From a bacterium (GTDB taxonomy: Bacteria > Fidelibacterota > Fidelibacteria > Fidelibacterales > Fidelibacteraceae): a stretch of DNA of 64,000 nt. Below are positions 52,868 through 62,940 of the stretch, piece by piece (position 1 is the first letter of the stretch; each line of letters opens with the position of its first letter). The notes under the pieces are model-generated. The model worked only from the letters and a program-made list of their open reading frames with translations. It was not told the origin of the DNA and ran no database searches. The stretch lies in assembly GCA_963676395.1 (NCBI GenBank), contig OY781066.1:1376001-1440000 (forward strand), read 5' to 3'. Both the position numbers and the translations under genes were made by a program.

Positions 52868-52942
52868 GTAGAGACGCAATGCTTGCGTCTCTATTTTTAA
52901 ATTAAATCCTAGTTTTCTGAGACGCAAACATTGCGTCTCTAC
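52868..52942. repeat. Inverted pair of GTAG-type REP palindromes (REPIN-like)
   Basis: gtagagacgcaatgcttgcgtctcta and gagacgcaaacattgcgtctctac. Confidence 0.82.
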
Positions 52943-53057
52943 ACCGATATGTTTTTTACACTCTTCCACACATATCAATTTTCAACTTATCATTTGTCAT
53001 CCTTCTTCTTACATCTTACCAGTTTAGCTGGCAGGCGACTTACGAGCGTATATTCGC

Positions 53058-53086
53058 TTGACATTCGAGCGTTTATCATCTATTTT
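53058..53086 (+). promoter_or_regulatory. Sigma70-type promoter for uppS-bamA-skp
   Basis: TTGACA-N17-TATTTT, about 30 nt before the ATG. Confidence 0.6.
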
Positions 53087-53117
53087 TACAAGCTGTATTG
53101 TAATTAATAGGTGAACT

Positions 53118-53867
53118 ATGGAAATACGTGCCGAAGAGATAAAAAGTAATCCCAATCACCCAAAGCATGTTGCGATCATTTTAGATGGTAACGGTCGTTG
53201 GGCAAAGAAACGCGGATTACCCAGAATGATGGGGCATAATGAAGGTGTAAAGACGGTTAAAGAGATCGTAACCGCTTCGGCCGAGGCCGGTGTGGAATAC
53301 CTGACTATCTATGCTTTTTCTAAACAGAACTGGGGACGCCCCGGGGAAGAAGTTTCGGCCTTGATGAAGCTCTTATTAATTACGGCACAGAAAGAAATTC
53401 AGGAATTACATCGGAACAATGTCCGCCTTCTTGTCATAGGAGACAAGAACGATCTTCCTAATGACGTACGAATCGTTCTTGAAGAGGGTGAGAAGTTGAC
53501 AAAAGATAATAAATTGTTAACTTTGATCGTTGCTTTGAGCTATGGAAGTCGTAATGAGATCCTTCGTGCTACCCGCACTCTTGCAGAAGAAGTGAAACGA
53601 GGTGATTTGGATCTCAATGACATCGACGAAACGCTGTTTTCATCTAAGTTGGATACGGCAGACGTTCCCGACCCTGACCTTTTGATCAGAACCAGTGGTG
53701 AATATCGGATCAGCAACTATTTGTTATGGCAAATGGCTTACGCTGAATTCTTTTTTGCCGAAGAATTGTGGCCTGATTTTCATCGACAGGAATATTATCG
53801 GGCACTTATGTCCTACATGAACAGAGAACGACGTTTCGGAAAAACCAGCGAACAGGTAAGCACATAA
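53118..53867 (+). CDS. uppS: Undecaprenyl diphosphate synthase
   Basis: HVAIILDGNGRWA, RTSGEYRISNYLLWQ. Confidence 0.95.
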   Translation: MEIRAEEIKSNPNHPKHVAIILDGNGRWAKKRGLPRMMGHNEGVKTVKEIVTASAEAGVEYLTIYAFSKQNWGRPGEEVSALMKLLLITAQKEIQELHRNNVRLLVIGDKNDLPNDVRIVLEEGEKLTKDNKLLTLIVALSYGSRNEILRATRTLAEEVKRGDLDLNDIDETLFSSKLDTADVPDPDLLIRTSGEYRISNYLLWQMAYAEFFFAEELWPDFHRQEYYRALMSYMNRERRFGKTSEQVST

Positions 53868-53869
53868 AC

Positions 53870-56233
53870 ATGAAAAAAATCACGCTTTCTTTTTTACTCA
53901 TTTTTACACTTGGTATATCCATTCTTTTTGCGCAACAACAGAATTTGCGTATTGCGTCGGTATCAATAGATGGAAATGAAACGGCATCAGATAGGATTAT
54001 TAAACTTTCAATGGGCCTTGTTGAAGGTTCAGAAGTAAATAATACCGACATCCAAAATGGCATTAAAAAATTATATAATCTACGACTGTTTTCGGATATC
54101 AAAGTTTTGGCTTCGGAAGAAAGCGACGCCGGTGTTCATGTTGTGATTAAGGTCGAAGAATATCCTCGTATAGATGACATTATCTTTGAGGGGAATCAAA
54201 AATTTAAAGATGAAAAATTGCGCGAAGAGATCAATTTGATTCGCGGTCAGGTGTTTACACCTCATTTGGTAAATAAAGCAAAGTTAAGTATTGAAAAGAA
54301 ATATAAAGACGCAGGTTTTTATAATGTATTTATTGATATAACCGCGGAACCTTCAGAAAAAAAAGAGGGTCGTATTGATCTTTCTTTTATTATTGATGAG
54401 GGACGACGAGTATTTATTGATGAGATCGTTTTTAATACGAAAAAAGATTTATTCAAACCCTGGCGCCTGCGTTGGCAAATGAAAGATACCAAACAGCGTG
54501 ATTGGTATACTTTCTTCCGACCTGCAAAATATGATCATGATAAATTTGTTGATGATAAAAACAATGTGATTCAATTTTATCGAGATAACGGGTACCGTGA
54601 TGCACGAATTTTAAGTGAAGAATTAAAGCTTGATTCTTTAGGCAAGAAAATGACCCTGATAGTTAATGTGGACGAAGGACCGCAATATGTATATCGTAAT
54701 ATAAAGATAGAAGGTCCCCAATCTTATCCGATTGATTTTTTCCGTTATAATCTAGAATTGGCGGGTGTAAAAAAGGGTGAACCTTTTAAAGAAAAATATT
54801 TTGAAATGGCCGTGGATGGAAAGATCCGTTCCCTGTATATGGATACAGGTTATTTATATGCACAGGTAACCCCCGAAGTGACACCGGTGGGAGAAGATTC
54901 ACTGGATGTCGTAATTAAGGTGAATGAAAATTATAAAGTCCATGTACGCCGGATCAAGTTTACTGGAAATACAAGAACTCGCGAATATGTTATGCGTCGA
55001 GAATTAAAAATTATGCCGGGTGATGTGTTCAACCGTGAAAAACTTATGCGTTCGCAACGCGAAATTTTTATGTTGAACTATTTTGCCGATGTAGTTCCCG
55101 ATGTTATCCCCGTTGATGATGAGACTATTGATCTCGAGGTATCTGTTGAAGAAAAATCATCCGATAGAGCAAATGCATCGATCGGTTATAGTGAATATGA
55201 CGGTTTAACCGGGTCGGTTGGAGTTGATATCAATAACCTGGGTGGACGAGGACAGCGTTTGTCGGTTTCTTATCAAAAAAGTCGCGGGACTGATTATGTC
55301 AGTCTCGGATTTACCGAACCTTGGTTAATGGGTCGTCCTAATACTGTTGGTGTAAACCTTTATTATTCAAAACGTGAAATGGTAGAGGACAGTTACTATT
55401 ACAATTATGAGTATTATGATCGTGAAACAATTGGTGTCACCAGTTCATTCGGTCGCCGCTTCCGTTGGCCGGATTCATATTTTAGTGGCTCTTGGGGACT
55501 GACTTTTGCTTACAAACATTTTTATAATATCAATGACGAAGCATATTTCTTGCGATATAATCCCTCAGGTATTAAAGAATTAATGGCTAATAGTTTTACA
55601 CAAGTCATAAGTCGCGATAGTCGTGATAAACCTGAGTTTCCAACCAAAGGATCAAAGCTGATTTGGAAAACAAAATTATCAGGTGGTATTCTTGGTGGAA
55701 AAGAAGAATATGTAAAAACACGGGTGACGTTTGATACCTATACTCCCATTGTTGATAAATTGGTATTTTATCAAACATTAGATATGGGTGTAGTATTGCC
55801 TTACGGTAAATATGGTGTTGTGCCTTATGAAGAGCTTTTTCATCTTGGCGGTGCGAATGCAATGAGTTATATTACTCCCTTGCGTGGATATACCGATGGA
55901 AGTATTGCTCCTCCAAATTCTTCATTTCAATCCGGTAATGCGCTGTTGAAATATTCTTGTGAATTGCGATTCCTCATTTCACCGAATCCAACCTTGTATT
56001 TATTGGCTTTCGCCGAAGCGGGAAGAATTTGGGATGATTTGGGAGATATTAAGATACCTGAAATGGCACGTTCCGCCGGTGTTGGTGCACGTGTTTACAT
56101 GCCGATGATGGGTATGCTGGGTGTTGATTTTGGTTATGGCTTTGATGAACTTTACTATTATAACAGTTCGGGAAAACAGGTTTATAAATCACCGGGTTGG
56201 GAAACACACTTTGTTTTCGGAATGCCCTTTTAA
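53870..56233 (+). CDS. bamA: Outer membrane protein assembly factor BamA
   Basis: POTRA repeats, GNTRTREYVMRRE, LRGY, C-terminal F. Confidence 0.93.
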   Translation: MKKITLSFLLIFTLGISILFAQQQNLRIASVSIDGNETASDRIIKLSMGLVEGSEVNNTDIQNGIKKLYNLRLFSDIKVLASEESDAGVHVVIKVEEYPRIDDIIFEGNQKFKDEKLREEINLIRGQVFTPHLVNKAKLSIEKKYKDAGFYNVFIDITAEPSEKKEGRIDLSFIIDEGRRVFIDEIVFNTKKDLFKPWRLRWQMKDTKQRDWYTFFRPAKYDHDKFVDDKNNVIQFYRDNGYRDARILSEELKLDSLGKKMTLIVNVDEGPQYVYRNIKIEGPQSYPIDFFRYNLELAGVKKGEPFKEKYFEMAVDGKIRSLYMDTGYLYAQVTPEVTPVGEDSLDVVIKVNENYKVHVRRIKFTGNTRTREYVMRRELKIMPGDVFNREKLMRSQREIFMLNYFADVVPDVIPVDDETIDLEVSVEEKSSDRANASIGYSEYDGLTGSVGVDINNLGGRGQRLSVSYQKSRGTDYVSLGFTEPWLMGRPNTVGVNLYYSKREMVEDSYYYNYEYYDRETIGVTSSFGRRFRWPDSYFSGSWGLTFAYKHFYNINDEAYFLRYNPSGIKELMANSFTQVISRDSRDKPEFPTKGSKLIWKTKLSGGILGGKEEYVKTRVTFDTYTPIVDKLVFYQTLDMGVVLPYGKYGVVPYEELFHLGGANAMSYITPLRGYTDGSIAPPNSSFQSGNALLKYSCELRFLISPNPTLYLLAFAEAGRIWDDLGDIKIPEMARSAGVGARVYMPMMGMLGVDFGYGFDELYYYNSSGKQVYKSPGWETHFVFGMPF

Positions 56234-56251
56234 TTAATAAGGAGATAAGTT

Positions 56252-56773
56252 GTGAAAAACTGGACGAAACTACTGGTTTTACTAACAATTACATTAGCCG
56301 TTGTGTTTGCTGCCGATGGCATGAAGATCGGTTATATTTACTCAGAACAGATCATGAGTGAATATCAAGAAGCTATTGATGCAATGAAAAAGCTCGAAGC
56401 TGAGGCGGTAGAATTACAAAAAGTACATGAAGAAATGAAACAAGAATACCAAAAGCTCATTGAAGATTACGAAAAGAGAAAAATGGTGAGTTCAGAGGCG
56501 TGGAAGAAACAAAAACAAAAAGATATTATTAATAAAGAACAACAGTTACAACAATATCAGATGGAAAATTTTGGTCAAAATGGTGAGATTTATAAAAAAG
56601 AAGAAGCCTATCTAGCTCCCGTTTTGGATAAGATTAATGAAACCTTAAAGCGAATTGGTGATGAACAGGGTTATAGTTATATCATCGATGCTTCTAAAGG
56701 TACCATTGTTTTTGCCGATGAAGAATTAGATATAACTAAACTTGTGTTGGAAGAACTGAAAAAATCCAACTAG
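56252..56773 (+). CDS. skp: Skp/OmpH chaperone
   Basis: KIGYI, coiled coil, DITKLVL; after bamA. Confidence 0.9.
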   Translation: MKNWTKLLVLLTITLAVVFAADGMKIGYIYSEQIMSEYQEAIDAMKKLEAEAVELQKVHEEMKQEYQKLIEDYEKRKMVSSEAWKKQKQKDIINKEQQLQQYQMENFGQNGEIYKKEEAYLAPVLDKINETLKRIGDEQGYSYIIDASKGTIVFADEELDITKLVLEELKKSN

Positions 56774-56788
56774 AGCTTTATGATGAAT

Positions 56789-56830
56789 AACCGGCATAAA
56801 TGATATGATAGCATTTGCGCCGGTTTTTTT
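56789..56830 (+). terminator. Intrinsic terminator after skp
   Basis: aaccggc..gccggtt plus T run. Confidence 0.65.
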
Positions 56831-56843
56831 ATTTGTGCTAAAT

Positions 56844-57479
56844 ATGAAGAAAATCCTTTTAATAATTATATGTATAATGCTCTCAATACCGCTGCTTTTC
56901 GCAGATGATAGTGAAAATGCCAATAAAATTATAAAGGGTTTTATTTATAAATATCCTGCCATTCCTCATCTATACAATAGTATTCATCCTTCGCTTAGTC
57001 TTGGGAAAGGTCGCGATTTGCTTCCTATGTTTGCAGGGAATATTACTCTCGGTGGTCCATATTTTTTGGAAGTTTGTGTTGGAGCGGGAGAAAGCAGTGA
57101 GGTAAGTGCTGCGTTAACCCAATATTCTTTTGGCTTGGGTATTTATGAAGCACTAAAGAATAGGGAAGACCATTATTATTCACTTTCACTTTCTTTAAGG
57201 AATGTGCAAAGCGCATTCCTGCGTACATCCTCTTTGGTAATGGAAGCACTTGTTGAACAAAAAGTTAACAATATTTATGTTGGAGTTGGACTTGATCTCA
57301 TTTCACAAGACTATACAATACTGGAAGGTTCACGATTTTCCGCCGGAAGTGATCGTATTTATCATGTAGGACTTATTGCTTATGCAAGAGCCGGAATATT
57401 GGGTTTGCGCATTTCGGGGGTACCCGAAGAATTTAACATTAATTTTTCTGTGGCTTTAAATATGGAGAAGACACAATGA
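56844..57479 (+). CDS. Secreted or outer-membrane hypothetical protein
   Basis: Signal peptide, alternating beta-strand-like pattern; stop overlaps the dxr start. Confidence 0.65.
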   Translation: MKKILLIIICIMLSIPLLFADDSENANKIIKGFIYKYPAIPHLYNSIHPSLSLGKGRDLLPMFAGNITLGGPYFLEVCVGAGESSEVSAALTQYSFGLGIYEALKNREDHYYSLSLSLRNVQSAFLRTSSLVMEALVEQKVNNIYVGVGLDLISQDYTILEGSRFSAGSDRIYHVGLIAYARAGILGLRISGVPEEFNINFSVALNMEKTQ

Positions 57480-58591
57480 AGTCCATCGCATTGCTTGGCT
57501 CTACCGGTTCGATTGGGAAGAATTCTCTTCAGGTGATATCTGAACATCCGGAAGAATTTTCTTTAAGTTTAATTACCGCAAATACTCAAGTTGATCTTCT
57601 AATTGAACAGGCTATTCGATACAAACCCAAAGCCGTTTGTATTGTGGACTCTCAGTATTATTCTCATCTCAAGAATGCTTTAAGATCTCTGGATATTGAT
57701 TGTTATGCAGGAGAGGAAGCCTTATTGGATCTGGTTAGAGAAGGTGAATACGATGTGCTTTTAAATGCTATTGTAGGTGCTGCCGGATTAAGGTCAACAA
57801 TAGAAGCTGTAAAGCTTGGCAAGGATGTTGCTTTGAGCAATAAAGAAAGTCTTGTCATGGCGGGTGAGCTGATTACATCTATTTGTAACAAGAGCGGAGC
57901 AAAATTATTTCCGGTAGATAGTGAACATTCCGCAATGTGGCAATGTTTGGCGGGCGAAAATGATAAAGATGTTGAAAAATTAATCTTAACGGGATCTGGC
58001 GGTCCATTTTTAAATCGCGATATAAGCAGTTTTAAGGATATTACGGTAGACGAAGCCTTAAAACATCCTAATTGGTCAATGGGAAAAAAGATCACGATTG
58101 ATTCTGCCACCATGTTCAATAAAGGTTTGGAGCTGATAGAAGCGGTTCATCTTTTTCAATTAGATGAATCAAAAATCGATATTTTAATACATCCCGGTTC
58201 AATTGTTCATTCCTTAGTCCAGTTTGTCGATGGTTCTGTAAAAGCTCAGTTGGGTGTGCCTGACATGAAAGTACCCATAATGTATGCTTTGGCATATCCT
58301 CGTCATTTAGAAAGTAATTGGCCAAGATTGGATCTTGCGGAACTTGGGACCTTGCAATTCCTGAAACCTGATTATGAAAAATTTCCTTCTTTAAGTATGG
58401 CAAGAAACGCCCTGCGTCAAGGCGGTACTTATCCGGCTGTATTGAATATGACAAACGAAAAAGCGGTCGCAGATTTTATTGCAGGAAAGATATCCTTCAC
58501 CGGAATATTCGATAGGGTAGAAAAAGCTCTTGAAGAACATAGAAGCTTGGATCCATTAAATGTGGATGATCTGCTGTCATTGATGGTTTAA
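57476..58591 (+). CDS. dxr: 1-deoxy-D-xylulose-5-phosphate reductoisomerase
   Basis: LGSTGSIG, NKESLV, PVDSEHSA, HPNWSMGKKITIDSATM. Confidence 0.96.
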   Translation: MKSIALLGSTGSIGKNSLQVISEHPEEFSLSLITANTQVDLLIEQAIRYKPKAVCIVDSQYYSHLKNALRSLDIDCYAGEEALLDLVREGEYDVLLNAIVGAAGLRSTIEAVKLGKDVALSNKESLVMAGELITSICNKSGAKLFPVDSEHSAMWQCLAGENDKDVEKLILTGSGGPFLNRDISSFKDITVDEALKHPNWSMGKKITIDSATMFNKGLELIEAVHLFQLDESKIDILIHPGSIVHSLVQFVDGSVKAQLGVPDMKVPIMYALAYPRHLESNWPRLDLAELGTLQFLKPDYEKFPSLSMARNALRQGGTYPAVLNMTNEKAVADFIAGKISFTGIFDRVEKALEEHRSLDPLNVDDLLSLMV

Positions 58592-58843
58592 TATATTAAT
58601 TAATTTTTGTGAGATCTATGGGAGACAGGTATGCCTGTTCCATATGTTATTAGATGATAATTATTAAACAAAACTCTCATATTGATGAGATACTTCGAAG
58701 AAAAATACAGCCTGACGACATAAATCATTGCTTATAGGTGGTGAAAAGACATTTTTAAGCTTTAGTTAATTTTCTCTTAAAAATCATTTTAATTTTTATC
58801 AGTTTACTTTATATTAAAATCGAATAAAACTAATAGGGATAAT

Positions 58844-59536
58844 ATGAATGAGTTAATTGCAGTCGTCGATGACGAAAAAAGTATTTTAGAGTTAACGAGC
58901 ATACATTTGAAAAAATCAGGATTTAAGGTTGCTACGTTTCTAAACGGCGCCGATTATCTCGATTTTATTAGAACGACCACACCGGATTTAACCATTTTAG
59001 ATCTTACTTTACCGGATGCGGATGGAATGGAAATATGTAAAGTATTAAGGCGAGAAGAAAAATTTGATAATATGTCAATTATTATTCTTTCCGGTCGTGT
59101 TGAAGAAACAGATACTGTTTTGGGCTTAGAACTTGGCGCTGACGATTATGTTAAAAAGCCGTTTTCTCCTAAAGAACTGGCTGCCCGAGTAAAAACAGTA
59201 CTTCGTAGAAAAGCATCAACCGTTACACCAAAGCAGTCTGAGAACAAGATTAACATTAATAATAAAGTTATCATTGATGTGGATAGATACGAAGTATATG
59301 TTGATGGGAAGTTGGCAAATCTTACTCCGACCGAATATCGCATTTTAAAAATGTTAGCTGAAAAGAACGGTAATGTTCTTAAACGTGAAGAAATTCTTTA
59401 TAACCTCTGGGGTAACGAAAAGATCGTTGTAGATCATACGGTAGATGTTCATATCAAACATTTACGTGAAAAATTGGGCCCCTATGCGGACATGGTAAAG
59501 AACGTTCGTGGAGTGGGTTATAAGTTGGGAATGTAA
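58844..59536 (+). CDS. OmpR/PhoB family response regulator
   Basis: VVDDE, LDLTLP, GADDYVKKPF, TVDVHIKHLREKL, VRGVGYK. Confidence 0.92.
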   Translation: MNELIAVVDDEKSILELTSIHLKKSGFKVATFLNGADYLDFIRTTTPDLTILDLTLPDADGMEICKVLRREEKFDNMSIIILSGRVEETDTVLGLELGADDYVKKPFSPKELAARVKTVLRRKASTVTPKQSENKININNKVIIDVDRYEVYVDGKLANLTPTEYRILKMLAEKNGNVLKREEILYNLWGNEKIVVDHTVDVHIKHLREKLGPYADMVKNVRGVGYKLGM

Positions 59537-59556
59537 GTACAAGAAAATCATAGATT

Positions 59557-59586
59557 AAGGCCGGGTTTACCCGGTCTTTTTTGTTT
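59557..59586 (+). terminator. Intrinsic terminator
   Basis: aaggccggg-ttta-cccggtctt plus T run. Confidence 0.75.
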
Positions 59587-59876
59587 AATAATAAAAATTA
59601 ATGAAATTGTAAACACAATAAAAACAACTGCTTAAGTTTATCTGTGTTAGGGAAATAAAAAATCATTAAATAAACTATTGCATTTTAAGAAATTTGGACT
59701 AAATTCTGTCAGTTTAAATATGGATTGGGTCAAGAAAAAGTGAAAACAGTGCAAGGCAGTGCTATGTCTAAAAAGCTAAAACAAGTGGGCAATCGAAAGC
59801 AATTCAATGGGCGATCGTCGAAAGCATCGTCGTTGATCTCGTTGTCGATTTCGACTCTATTTTGATTTATATATTT

Positions 59877-59901
59877 GCCGTCATGTGTTGACGGCTTTTT
59901 T
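59877..59901 (+). terminator. Terminator-like hairpin in the TonB receptor leader
   Basis: gccgtca-tgtgt-tgacggc-tttttt. Confidence 0.7.
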
Positions 59902-59942
59902 ATATGTGTTAAGAAAAACTGAAAACAAGGAGAGCAATAAAA

Positions 59943-62909
59943 ATGTGGCAGAAAGTTAAAACAGTCGTGGGGAAACTTGATCGAGGATCGTTGTTAGGAT
60001 CGGCCAAGATCAAATCGCTGTTTATTTTATTTGTCGTTATGTGTTTAACGACTTTTTTGTACGCGAACGAAAATATGGGCAAGCTTGGTGGTACGGTTGT
60101 CGATGCTAAAACCGGTGAAGCTCTCATCGGTGCAAATGTTATTCTTAAAGGTACCTCCTATGGAGCGGCGACCGATCTGGATGGAAACTACTATATATCC
60201 GGTGTCCCGATTGGTGTTTATAATTTGGTTGTATCATATGTTGGTTATGAATCACAAGAGATTACCAGTGTATCAGTGGTTGCCAGTAATCAAAACAAAG
60301 TGAATATCACTTTGGTATCATCGGTAATGAATTTAAATGAAGTGGTTGTCAGGGCACAGGTTAAAGGGAATTCGGATATTTATATTCTCGCAGAGCAGAA
60401 GAAATCAGATAAGATCCAGGATGGTGTATCAGCCGATCAGATGTCTCGTGCCGGTGACGGTAACGCTGCTGATGCTGTAAAACGGATCACAGGTGTTTCG
60501 GTCCAAGATGGTAAATATGTTTCAGTTCGTGGTTTAAGTGACCGTTATGTATCTACCGCTATGAACGGTGTTCCTGTTCCTTCACCTGAACCTGAAAAAA
60601 AATCAGTTCCGCTAGATCTTTTTACAACAGGCATTCTTGAAAGTATTACAGCTTATAAAACTTATACTCCCGACCTTCCCGGTGTTTTTGCAGGTGGCGC
60701 CTTAAATATTAAAACAAAAGCTTATCCCGATGAACGTATTATGAATGTGAAATTCGGTCTCAACGGAAAATCAACTTTTTTTGGTGCAAACTATATGTTG
60801 GGATCTACCGGTTCACTTGATCTCTTAGGTTTCGATGATGGAACACGTGATTTAGCCGATAATATACCGGAAGACAGAATGTTAAGCTTATTGGTTCCTC
60901 CTACAGGTGTATCATTTGATGACTGGAAAGTTCAACTTGGCGAAATGGGTAAGGGATTTAATACCGGATTTACTATTCAAAATGCTCGTATTGGGCAGCC
61001 TCTTTCATTGGGCTTGAATTACGGTAATCGCTACGTTGTTAATGAGGATCTTGAATATGGGTTTTACACCAATGTATCTTTTGGAAACAGCTATTCTTAT
61101 AAAGAAGAATTATACAGACGCTATTCTGTATCGGATGCAGGTATTGAAGCGCGCACCGACCTTGTAAATGATAAAAGCAAATATGCAACCAACTTGAGTG
61201 TTTCGGGTTCAACCGGTTTGAAATATCGTGGACAGCATAAACTAAAACTCTACGGTATCTATACTCATAATTCGGAACAATCTTTAACTTTTGGCCGAGG
61301 TGATACTCCTAATTTAGATGAAGATGGTGTGTTTATCAGAGAATACTTTGTAGAAAAAAGCATCTTGAACTTTACCCTTACCGGTGAGCATGCATTGAAC
61401 TCATATTATGAATCTCGCCTGGAATGGGCTGCCAATGTTGGATCATCATTTTTGAGTGAGCCTGATGTGAAGAGTCACAATTATCAGTATAATGAAACCA
61501 GTGATTCATATGAGATCGCTAGATCTTCGGCAAAAGCCGGTCAGCGTTATTATACCGATGGTTATGATCGCAATGCGAACATTGATGTAAACTATAAACT
61601 AAATATTGATGACTACTTTGCAGATCTGAATAAGTTTAAGGTCGGGTCCCGTCTTCAGTTTAAAGATCGAAATTTTGGTAAGCGCGATTTTTTTCATGAA
61701 TATTCCGATGGTGCATGGCCGGCAAGTATAGTTCGAGTAAATGGCGATGACTGGGGAGCGGTTTTTAATGATGAAAATTATGTGACCGATCCTGACGAAG
61801 AAGGTCTTATTCTTCAGGAAGCTACTGATATGGGCTCGCGTAATGCTTATCAGGCAACTGAAGCGATCGCAGCCGGTTATTTAATGGCTGACATCCCTTT
61901 GGGTTTTGGACGTTCTTACTTTATGAATCAGTTCCGTTTCATTGGCGGTCTTCGTTATGAATATTACTTTTTATATCTTGTGCCTCATAATCCCGTAACA
62001 CACGATTATTATTATACACCTTTGATCAATAATGGCTTGGATCCGGTTGTTGCCAATATTTCAGAGCATGAGATCCTGCCTTCATTGAACTTACAGTATT
62101 CTACATCGAATGATATGAAGCTAAGAATGTCATTTTCAAAAACAGCGGCTCGTCCCGAGTTTCGCGAAGTGGCTCCCTTTGAGTTTCAGCAGTTTTATGG
62201 TGGGTCTGCCATTGTCGGTTATCCATTTTTAAAAACAACAGATATTTATAATTACGATTTTCGCTACGAATGGCATTACGGTGCCGGTGAACTTTTTGCT
62301 ATTGGCGTGTTTTATAAAAACTTTATAAACCCTATCGAAGTTTCACAGATTGAAACGGCGGATGAATCCTACTTGACATATCAGAATGCTTTATGGGCAA
62401 ATACAGAAGGTGTCGAAGTTGACTATCGACAGTCTTTACCTTTCATAGATCCTCATAAAGGTAAATTAATGCTGATGATGAACGGTACTTTTTCATTATC
62501 ACAGGTTGAAGCCGATGATATGATCACATTATTTAATGGTGTAAAAATCGCAAATTCTTCAACAACACTTCAACGTCCTTTACAGGGACAATCGAATATT
62601 ATGGCCAACGCAACACTTTCTTACTCTGATATCAAGGGTTGGAATGCGGCATTGGTTTACAATACATTCAGCAAACGCTTGTCTGCACTTGGTTCGGGAT
62701 CTATACCTAACGAATACGAGCTTCCCTTCCATTCATTAAATTTCACGGTAAGTAAAAAAGTGAATAGTATGAAAATATCAGCTAAGGTCAACAACCTGTT
62801 GAATTCACCTGTCCGTTTTGGTATCTATGACGAAGACGGCACTTTCTATGCCTCAAGGGAATACACCCCCGGAATGGGCTACTCGGTTAGTATACAGTAT
62901 GTATTTTAA
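59943..62909 (+). CDS. TonB-dependent receptor with N-terminal carboxypeptidase-regulatory-like domain
   Basis: DAKTGEALIGANV, plug VRGLSDRY, ARPEFRE, NLLN, terminal F; aggag SD. Confidence 0.92.
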   Translation: MWQKVKTVVGKLDRGSLLGSAKIKSLFILFVVMCLTTFLYANENMGKLGGTVVDAKTGEALIGANVILKGTSYGAATDLDGNYYISGVPIGVYNLVVSYVGYESQEITSVSVVASNQNKVNITLVSSVMNLNEVVVRAQVKGNSDIYILAEQKKSDKIQDGVSADQMSRAGDGNAADAVKRITGVSVQDGKYVSVRGLSDRYVSTAMNGVPVPSPEPEKKSVPLDLFTTGILESITAYKTYTPDLPGVFAGGALNIKTKAYPDERIMNVKFGLNGKSTFFGANYMLGSTGSLDLLGFDDGTRDLADNIPEDRMLSLLVPPTGVSFDDWKVQLGEMGKGFNTGFTIQNARIGQPLSLGLNYGNRYVVNEDLEYGFYTNVSFGNSYSYKEELYRRYSVSDAGIEARTDLVNDKSKYATNLSVSGSTGLKYRGQHKLKLYGIYTHNSEQSLTFGRGDTPNLDEDGVFIREYFVEKSILNFTLTGEHALNSYYESRLEWAANVGSSFLSEPDVKSHNYQYNETSDSYEIARSSAKAGQRYYTDGYDRNANIDVNYKLNIDDYFADLNKFKVGSRLQFKDRNFGKRDFFHEYSDGAWPASIVRVNGDDWGAVFNDENYVTDPDEEGLILQEATDMGSRNAYQATEAIAAGYLMADIPLGFGRSYFMNQFRFIGGLRYEYYFLYLVPHNPVTHDYYYTPLINNGLDPVVANISEHEILPSLNLQYSTSNDMKLRMSFSKTAARPEFREVAPFEFQQFYGGSAIVGYPFLKTTDIYNYDFRYEWHYGAGELFAIGVFYKNFINPIEVSQIETADESYLTYQNALWANTEGVEVDYRQSLPFIDPHKGKLMLMMNGTFSLSQVEADDMITLFNGVKIANSSTTLQRPLQGQSNIMANATLSYSDIKGWNAALVYNTFSKRLSALGSGSIPNEYELPFHSLNFTVSKKVNSMKISAKVNNLLNSPVRFGIYDEDGTFYASREYTPGMGYSVSIQYVF

Positions 62910-62940
62910 TAAACTTAACTCAAAGCTTAAGGAGAGCGAA

